Below are positions 58,164-64,000 of a stretch of 64,000 bases of DNA, piece after piece. The number at the start of each line of letters is the position of its first letter. Position 1 is the first letter of the stretch. The position numbers and the translations under genes are program-made. Source of the DNA: an uncultured Chloroflexia bacterium (GTDB lineage Bacteria; Chloroflexota; Limnocylindria; Limnocylindrales; CSP1-4); contig CAVYIM010000006.1 in assembly GCA_963768655.1 (NCBI GenBank), forward strand, positions 128,001-192,000. The letters are read 5' to 3'. The notes beneath the pieces are model-generated. The model made no database searches. It was not told the origin of the DNA and saw only the letters and a program-made list of their open reading frames with translations.

Positions 58164-58627
58164 CTAGATAGGCGGGTTGCGGGGGTCTCGCACGTAGAAA
58201 GCAAGGCGCCGACTCGCTCGGGCCGGCCATCAACCGTCGCAGAGATGGTGTAGGCATCGAACTTCGGGAACTTGATCTGCGTCTCGAATGCGAGTGGTAG
58301 ACGCATCTTGGCGCCCTTTTCCAACGTCGGCGGTCGACCAGTCTTGAACGCCAACGAGAACGACGGTACAACGGCCGTTCCGTCCGTATCTTCGAAGGTG
58401 ACCTCAAGGGTGTGCTGGTCGTCGGTTTCCAGGTAAGGGATCAGTACCCCGCACGCAATGTGCAGCGGGATTGCCCCTTCAAGGCTAGTCGCGAAGATAT
58501 GGTCCCACGCCCCGCCCATGATGTAGAGCTTCCCGTTTAGGACCTCTGCGCGATCGGCCAGTATGAGAAACTCGACATCGGCGTGAGCCACCGGCAGCCC
58601 GGAAGCTCGGGACCGTGAAGTAGGCAT
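58164..58627 (-). CDS. DUF6941-like protein, probably with a 1-bp deletion near 58220
   Basis: FLILADRAEVLNGKLYIMGGAWD...FPKFDAYTI..TVDG. The plausible end ASRRLAFYVRDPRNPPI* lies in the -1 frame (TAG at 58166-58164). Confidence 0.7.
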
Positions 58628-58645
58628 TCTAGGTACCTTCGTATC

Positions 58646-58671
58646 ACTGGTGTAAACTTCGCTTACACAGT
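58646..58671. promoter_or_regulatory. Palindromic operator in the divergent DUF6941/TA promoter region
   Basis: ACTGGTGTAA-acttcgc-TTACACAGT (GTGTAA/TTACAC inverted repeat) in an AT-rich gap. Confidence 0.6.
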
Positions 58672-58701
58672 ATACAGCACGCTGAACACGGAGGCGGGGC
58701 C

Positions 58702-58980
58702 GTGGCAAGACCGTTCATCGATGAGTTGCGCTTGGCGGGCGCGGAGGATGAACTATCGCGGCACCAGGTGTCCGTCGACGAGGCGCTGGAGGTATCTTGG
58801 AATACTCCGCGGTTCTTCCGGGACAAGGTTCAGGGTCGGCAGCTAATGATCGGAAAGACGGACGGAGGAAGGTTGCTTACAGTCGTAGTTGAACCGACCG
58901 ATACACACGGGGCATGGGACGTCGTCACTGGCTGGGACTCAAGCCAGGGAGAAAGAACAGCATGGCAAAACGCAAAGTAG
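58702..58980 (+). CDS. BrnT-like (RelE-fold) toxin
   Basis: HQVSVDEALEV, IGKTDGGRLLTVVV and VVTGW..S..ER pattern; 92 aa; toxin-first gene order. Confidence 0.75.
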   Translation: MARPFIDELRLAGAEDELSRHQVSVDEALEVSWNTPRFFRDKVQGRQLMIGKTDGGRLLTVVVEPTDTHGAWDVVTGWDSSQGERTAWQNAK

Positions 58981-59438
58981 CGCCCTCCGGGGACCAGAAC
59001 GACATGGACCTAGAGCAAATCGACGTCGAACTCAGAAACCCGAGCGTGGTCTTGTCCGTCCGCCTCGACGGCGACACGGCCAAGGCGCTCCATCAGCTCG
59101 CTCGCAAGCGTGGCGAACGCGTATCAGAGGCACTTCGCGAGGCGGTCGTCGCCTGGGTCGCGTCGGCAGCCGCGGAAGCCGAACCCGTCTATCGGGCGAC
59201 CTACCTCAACAAGGTCGTGGCTGTCAGCAGCCACTCGGTCCGAAATCGAGGAACTTGGGCAACAGCAACGCCCGTTCGAGTCTGGCCTACCAGAGGAAAC
59301 CTGGCGGACCTCGTCGGCCGCCGCACAACCGCTCTTGCGAACCGCTTAGGCGCGACGGCCCCGGCGTGGCAGCCCAACGTCAACCCTGACCTCCAATTTG
59401 TGAGGACGGGCCGTTTCAGGCAGGACAAGAACGGCTAG
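58962..59438 (+). CDS. Ribbon-helix-helix (CopG/BrnA-like) antitoxin with a long C-terminal extension
   Basis: VVLSVRLDGDTAKALHQLARKRGERVSEALREAV RHH motif; overlaps the toxin 3' end. Confidence 0.75.
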   Translation: MAKRKVAPSGDQNDMDLEQIDVELRNPSVVLSVRLDGDTAKALHQLARKRGERVSEALREAVVAWVASAAAEAEPVYRATYLNKVVAVSSHSVRNRGTWATATPVRVWPTRGNLADLVGRRTTALANRLGATAPAWQPNVNPDLQFVRTGRFRQDKNG

Positions 59439-59447
59439 CGGCGGCTC

Positions 59448-60155
59448 CTAGCCGACGAGCTCCGTGATGTCAGGGTCTGCCCAAAGACGATAGAGGCCAA
59501 CGGTGCGGCGAGCCGGGTGGGGCCACCAGGATCCCACCAGTACCGCGACGCTCACCTTCAGTGGCAGAGCGGCGTTCTTGGGCCAGTCGACCGCCCGAAC
59601 GGAAGCAGTCCGGTCGGCGAATTCAGCGACCTGCCTGCCCCGGTCGTCGAAAAGCCTGAGCCGGCGGGGACGCCCATGGCTTCGTTCAAGCGCCCACAAC
59701 GACCCTGCATCGGCCCGCATCAGCTCAACGGGGGGCACAGTGGGAAGATCCGAGCTGAGGCGAAGCCTGTCGGGCGCAAGGACGAGTTGGAGCAACTGTC
59801 TCGGTCCTCGATGCCGAAGCTGCCGAGCCGCCCATGCCGCCGAAGCGACCGCGAGTGCGAGCACCACAAGGTCGAGGAGGTTCGGGTGAGCGAGACCGGC
59901 CACTCCAGCGACCGCCAGGACTGCCGCAATGCCGACCGCCGAAGAGAAGTTGTACCAGCTGAGTCGCGGTGGCACCCAGGTGGCGGTAACGGTGGCAGTC
60001 CATGCGGGGCAGTCGTCCGGTACACCCTCCCAGCCCGCGTCCGAGAACATGGGCACTTCCTCACCCAGGATGTTCTTGGTCATGAGCGTGTGGTGGAGGG
60101 ACCGCAGCCACGCCCTGATCCGGCCGGGCTCGTCCTGAAGCGTTGGTTTACTCAT
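59448..60155 (-). CDS. Hypothetical membrane protein (2 TM plus a beta-rich C-terminal domain)
   Basis: 235-aa ORF with GAGG RBS and two hydrophobic helices. Confidence 0.65.
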   Translation of the reverse strand: MSKPTLQDEPGRIRAWLRSLHHTLMTKNILGEEVPMFSDAGWEGVPDDCPAWTATVTATWVPPRLSWYNFSSAVGIAAVLAVAGVAGLAHPNLLDLVVLALAVASAAWAARQLRHRGPRQLLQLVLAPDRLRLSSDLPTVPPVELMRADAGSLWALERSHGRPRRLRLFDDRGRQVAEFADRTASVRAVDWPKNAALPLKVSVAVLVGSWWPHPARRTVGLYRLWADPDITELVG

Positions 60156-60423
60156 CGTGAACCTCGGCGTTCATGGATGCTGTCCATCAGGCTAGCGGGT
60201 GCACAAGTACTCCGTCGGCCTCGATCTGCTGATGCCCTCCCCGATCGAGTGATCGGAGAGAACCACGGACGAGAGCTAACGCGTCATGCGGAGCGCACCA
60301 AGCGCAGCGGTGGCCTGGCGCCGCCCATCGTCACCAGGACGCGGCCCGGTAGAGACGTGGGATCCAGATCCCCGACGAGCGGGTTAGCCTTGGAACCGAC
60401 TCCTCTCGCGCCCACCAATTCCC

Positions 60424-61374
60424 TCAAATCCCTCCACTCGCCGTAACGCCGGCGCGAAGCGTCGACCAGAGTGTTTGACATTCATTGGGATCGAGCCCAC
60501 TTGTCCAAATGTGGATGTGCTGGCGACCTCTTCCGGCGACACGCAGGACCGGTCCGCGCTTCGATTGCTCGGCGCTCGCAAAATAGGACCAGGGCAACCA
60601 CGAGTCTGGCAGGACCAAGTAGCCGGTCCTGTACACGGCCAGTTCGCGGCTCCGGTCCTGGCGCTCTCCGATCGTCGATAGCGCTGCCATTAGCCACGGA
60701 AACGCCAACAAGAAAGCCGCCACGACGAGACCATTGGGCGTCCAAAGTGGGTCTTGAAGAGCGAACGCGCAAAGGCCTATTGCGACGCCCGCGACCAACA
60801 CCTTCCACCCAAACTCACTCGCCCGGATCTGCACCAGCGTCCACGTTGACACTCGACCCATGCTGAACGTCAGGACCGGTTGGCCCGCGTCCAAGGGCAG
60901 AATCGGTTCCTGGGCTGGAAGAGGCTCACCGAGCAACCGCTCCAAGACCTCTCGCTGCCCGGCCCCAAGCACTCGCAGTGGGATAAGTAGCGGTGGGCAG
61001 CAATGCTGGGGGATCACAAGAAAGCCACCCTTGGCGAGCGGCCGGCCAAAGCGCGTCGCAGGGAAGCGGCGCGGCTGTGAGCCCTCCGACTGAACAGACA
61101 CGGCGCCAGGGCTCACGACAATTCTTGTCTCTGAACGCGTCCGCAACGCATTTCGGACGATCAGGATCAGCAGCGCGGCTACGTACAACATCCCCAGTCT
61201 CGCCGGCTCGGCCGGTGGCGTAAGGCATACTAGGATCAACGCGACGACCAGGACCATGAGGCGACGGTTTGTGCCGCCGAACCTCAGACTGGCTCGCAGG
61301 CGCTCCGCCATGTCGAGTCGATAGGCCAGTTCCACCCGGTCGCCTGCCTCGTTCGCCAAGTCGCCAGTCCCCAT
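60424..61374 (-). CDS. Hypothetical membrane protein with two (2TM + soluble) modules, YcxB-like
   Basis: 316-aa ORF; TM pairs followed by 'LLIPLRVL' and 'LPWSYF' segments. Confidence 0.6.
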   Translation of the reverse strand: MGTGDLANEAGDRVELAYRLDMAERLRASLRFGGTNRRLMVLVVALILVCLTPPAEPARLGMLYVAALLILIVRNALRTRSETRIVVSPGAVSVQSEGSQPRRFPATRFGRPLAKGGFLVIPQHCCPPLLIPLRVLGAGQREVLERLLGEPLPAQEPILPLDAGQPVLTFSMGRVSTWTLVQIRASEFGWKVLVAGVAIGLCAFALQDPLWTPNGLVVAAFLLAFPWLMAALSTIGERQDRSRELAVYRTGYLVLPDSWLPWSYFASAEQSKRGPVLRVAGRGRQHIHIWTSGLDPNECQTLWSTLRAGVTASGGI

Positions 61375-61536
61375 TCAGATGGGAGGAAAACCACGGGCCA
61401 CGATCATACAGACCGGCGGCCTGGCCGAATTGCCTCCTGGTCAAATCGGTTGCCCTGCGCGTGAAAGCCATCGACAAGGATGGACGTGGTTGCATTCGAC
61501 GGCAGTCCAGCGAGCATCCTGGCGTCCCCGCGCCGG

Positions 61537-61559
61537 GTGTTCCCATGGGTGTTCCCATC
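61537..61559. repeat. Probable integrase arm-type site (right)
   Basis: Identical 23-mer to 54313-54335 in the same orientation, ~95 bp inside the tRNA-side att. Confidence 0.8.
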
Positions 61560-61652
61560 TCCGCCGGATTACGGCAGGAACGGGTCAAATGGGACCGCTT
61601 CCAGGCCCGATTTGAGCACGAATCGGGCGTTATCGAGACAGGGGGAGGGGGT

Positions 61653-61739
61653 TGGTGCCGACGGCGGGAGTTGAACCCGCATGACCTCACGGCCACTCGA
61701 TTTTGAGTCGAGCGCGTATGCCAGTTCCGCCACGTCGGC
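61653..61739 (-). tRNA. tRNA-Leu(CAA) with encoded CCA
   Basis: The reverse complement GCCGACGTGGCGGAACTGGCATACGCG CTCGA CT CAA AA TCGAG...GGTTCAACTCCCGCCGTCGGCACCA gives a cloverleaf with a long variable arm. Confidence 0.97.
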
Positions 61740-61895
61740 ACGGCCAGGCGGCATGGTACAGCCTGCGGGCGTCGGGTTGGCGCCGGCGCCGTCCGGCGGC
61801 CTGAGTCGAGCCCGCCAGATGCTAAGCTCCCAGCCAGACTCGAAGCATCGCGGCCCGGATCGGCGACCGCGTGGCGAGGCCGCACTGGAATGGAC

Positions 61896-62528
61896 ATGGC
61901 TGACGGGCAAGTCTTGACAGACGAGGTGGAGGCGAACGCTGGCAGGGTCGAGGATCCCGGCCAGAAGATCGACATCGCCCTGGTCGGCCAGGCCGTCCGT
62001 GGCGAGCTGGCGGCCTTCAACCAGCTGGTCGTGCGCCACCAGGACCACCTGTTCGCGCTCGTGTACCGGCTGGTTCCGGATCGCGACCAGGCGGCCGATG
62101 CCGTCCAGGAGGCCTTCCTCAGCGCCTACCGCAACATCGGCTCTTTCCGTGGCGGGAGTGTCAAGAGCTGGCTCGGGCGGATCGCCGTCAACGCGGCGAT
62201 GGATCTCCAGCGAAACCGCCGTCGCCGGCCAGCCCAGCCCTACCCGGAGCTCGAAGACGAGAGCTGGCAGCCCGCGGCGGCGGAGGACGTCGAGCCCGAG
62301 CACAAGGCCATCGCCGCGGAGCGATCCCGCGTCCTGGCAGCGGCCCTGGCAGCGCTGCCCTTCGAGCAGCGCAACTGCATCGTGTTATACGACGTGGACG
62401 GCTACGACTACGGGGAGATCGCGCGGATCATGGGCGTCTCCGTCGGGACCGTGAAGTCGCGTATCCACAGGGGCCGCCTCGCGCTCCGCGCCGCCCTGGC
62501 GCCGGCAAGGGAACTGTTCCGTGGCTGA
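61896..62528 (+). CDS. ECF RNA polymerase sigma factor
   Basis: DAVQEAFLSAYR, SWLGRIAVN and YGEIARIMGVSVGTVKSRIHRGR motifs. Confidence 0.95.
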   Translation: MADGQVLTDEVEANAGRVEDPGQKIDIALVGQAVRGELAAFNQLVVRHQDHLFALVYRLVPDRDQAADAVQEAFLSAYRNIGSFRGGSVKSWLGRIAVNAAMDLQRNRRRRPAQPYPELEDESWQPAAAEDVEPEHKAIAAERSRVLAAALAALPFEQRNCIVLYDVDGYDYGEIARIMGVSVGTVKSRIHRGRLALRAALAPARELFRG

Positions 62529-62546
62529 GATCGTCAGGGAGATGTG

Positions 62547-63383
62547 ATGGACCGAACCGCCCCGACTCACGCAACCCACGACCAGCTGCTTCTGGCGCGC
62601 CTCTATGGCGGCGACGTCGACGAGCTGGAGCGGAGCCGGGCTCTCGATCAGATTGCGACGTGCCAGGACTGCGCGGACGTCTTCGCGGATCTGGGGTCTA
62701 TCGCCGCCGCCACCGCGGCTCTCCCGACTCCACCCCGACCGCGCGACTTCACTCTCACCGAGGCCGACGCGGCTCGTGTCGGCCGGCGTGGCACAGGCTG
62801 GGGGATCTTCGACTGGCTCGGTCGAACGAGGGCTCTGGGGGGCTCGATGGCGGCCGCCGGGCTGGCCGGCCTGGCGCTCGTGGGGGCCCTCTCGGTCTTC
62901 GGGCAGGGCGCCGGAAGTGCCGCCTTGACCGGACAATCGACTATCGCCGCACAGAACACTGGAGGCACACCGGGCGAGGCGGCGTACAATGCCGCTTCTT
63001 CGGTTCCGGATCAGAACGGCGGCACGACACTCGCGGGCCCGAGCTCGACTGGCATCCCGCAGATCGTCGCCGTCTCCCCAGTCGCACCGCCGGCCTCCGT
63101 CCCATCCGCGTCTGCGACCGGGAAGCTGCCGCCCTCCGACCAGCAGCAAGCCGGCTCCGGCAAATCTACGTCGGTGTCGTCCAACTCTCGACCGGCGAGC
63201 GTTCCTTCGGGATCCAAGAGCGAGCACTCCGGCGGCGGCTCCTCCGGCCCCGCCGGCTCGACAGGTTCGGGCGGCGGGCCAGACCCGAGGAGCCTCGCGC
63301 TCGTCGCCTTCGCCGGGCTGGCCATCCTCGGCGCATTGCTGCTGACCGTTCCTCGCTTCGCCGTCAGCCGGGCTCATCGCTAG
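62547..63383 (+). CDS. Probable membrane anti-sigma factor (ZAS-like, QxxxCxxC)
   Basis: Directly downstream of the ECF sigma; HDQLL...QIATCQDC, PRDFTL, a TM helix, an S/G/P-rich linker and a C-terminal TM helix. Confidence 0.8.
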   Translation: MDRTAPTHATHDQLLLARLYGGDVDELERSRALDQIATCQDCADVFADLGSIAAATAALPTPPRPRDFTLTEADAARVGRRGTGWGIFDWLGRTRALGGSMAAAGLAGLALVGALSVFGQGAGSAALTGQSTIAAQNTGGTPGEAAYNAASSVPDQNGGTTLAGPSSTGIPQIVAVSPVAPPASVPSASATGKLPPSDQQQAGSGKSTSVSSNSRPASVPSGSKSEHSGGGSSGPAGSTGSGGGPDPRSLALVAFAGLAILGALLLTVPRFAVSRAHR

Positions 63384-63556
63384 AAGGCTTGCATCGCCCG
63401 CCCGGCTCCGCGCCTGGTGCGGGTTCGCCCGTCGCGCACCGCCTTCGGTCCATCTCGCGCCGCTCTCAGCTGTCCGTTCGAACCTCGATCGCGGCGTAAA
63501 CTTGGGCAGCCGTCGATCGTTGCGCCGGCCGCCGAACCGCTCAGCCGGAGGCCCAA

Positions 63557-64000
63557 ATGACGCGCTTGATGCTGCTCGACAGCAACGGCCTCATCTACCG
63601 CGGCTACCACGCTCTCCCGCCGTTGACGACCAGCAAGGGCGAACTGGTCAACGCCGTCTTCGGCTTCTGCAGCATCCTGCTGCGAGGGATCCAGGATGTT
63701 CAGCCCGAGTACGTCGCCGCCTGCTTCGATCTGCCGGGCCCAACCTTCCGCCACGAGCAATTCGCCGCCTACAAGGCCACTCGGGCACCCATGCCGGACG
63801 ACCTCCGCTCCCAGTTCCCGAAGGTGCGAGAGGTCGTGGCCGCGCTCGGGATTCCGGTCTACGAGATGGCCGGGTACGAGGCGGACGACGTCATCGGCAC
63901 GATCACGCGCGACCTGGACGCGCGTGGCGTCGACACGACGGTCGTGACCGGCGATCTCGACATGCTCCAGATCGTGACCGAGCACACGCGGTTGATGACG
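63557..64000 (+). CDS. polA: DNA polymerase I, 5'-3' exonuclease domain (partial, runs off the window)
   Basis: MTRLMLLDSNGLIYRGYHALP, NAVFGF, TFRH...YKATR, YEADDVIGT and VTGDLD motifs. Confidence 0.92.
   Translation, partial: MTRLMLLDSNGLIYRGYHALPPLTTSKGELVNAVFGFCSILLRGIQDVQPEYVAACFDLPGPTFRHEQFAAYKATRAPMPDDLRSQFPKVREVVAALGIPVYEMAGYEADDVIGTITRDLDARGVDTTVVTGDLDMLQIVTEHTRLMT

Larger units (their letters stand above)
54243..61671. mobile_element. ~7.4 kb integrative element (AICE-like int/xis/RepSA module) inserted at tRNA-Leu(CAA)
   Basis: Bounded by the 19-bp direct repeat tggtgccgacggcgggagt, which matches the tRNA 3' end. Contains a tyrosine integrase, an excisionase-like HTH protein, an HUH Rep and a TA module. 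Confidence 0.93.

Noticed and set aside
57360-58253. ORFs 57360-58253 (+), 57694-58167 (+) and 57733-58041 (-)
   Set aside because: They have no motifs or SD, overlap real genes and the promoter, and have shadow-ORF composition.
54243-61671. Prophage or complete conjugative ICE
   Set aside because: No capsid, terminase, tail, relaxase, T4SS or FtsK/Tra genes lie within the att boundaries.

Overview
A high-GC bacterial chromosomal segment, mostly housekeeping genes. The host is probably a monoderm non-actinomycete such as Chloroflexota/Limnocylindria; this is an inference from gene content and protein style only. In order, the window holds: a long structured leader and a translationally coupled de novo purine operon (purA-D-B-C-S-Q-L-F-M plus a purN-purH fusion); a kelch lipoprotein; metG-tatD; a frameshifted triple DinB-like gene; an orphan Flp pilin; a CIRCE-controlled groES-groEL; three LppX/LprAFG-like lipoproteins; pcrA; a DUF2199-like gene; Mut7-C RNase-ligA; two GNATs; gatC-gatA-aminotransferase-gatB; a GAF-GGDEF cyclase; a BMP lipoprotein; two hydrolase-like genes; dnaE; an LCP protein; an ECF sigma/anti-sigma pair; and the start of polA. 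The accessory part is a ~7.4 kb element (54243-61671) integrated at the 3' end of tRNA-Leu(CAA). It has a fully readable att architecture (19-bp direct repeat, a perfect 8-7-8 inverted core and paired arm-type repeats) and an AICE-type int-xis-RepSA-SCO3933-like module, but no FtsK/Tra transfer gene. Its cargo is a BrnT-like toxin, an RHH antitoxin with a long C-terminal tail, a divergent DUF6941-like gene and two membrane proteins. The best novelty candidates are this minimal AICE-like element with its three-gene TA module, the unassigned ~190-nt purA leader RNA with an overlapping terminator, apparent ATC/CTG initiation at a divergent gene pair, and a MetRS lacking the HIGH motif. All family assignments come from motif recognition by eye, not database searches.
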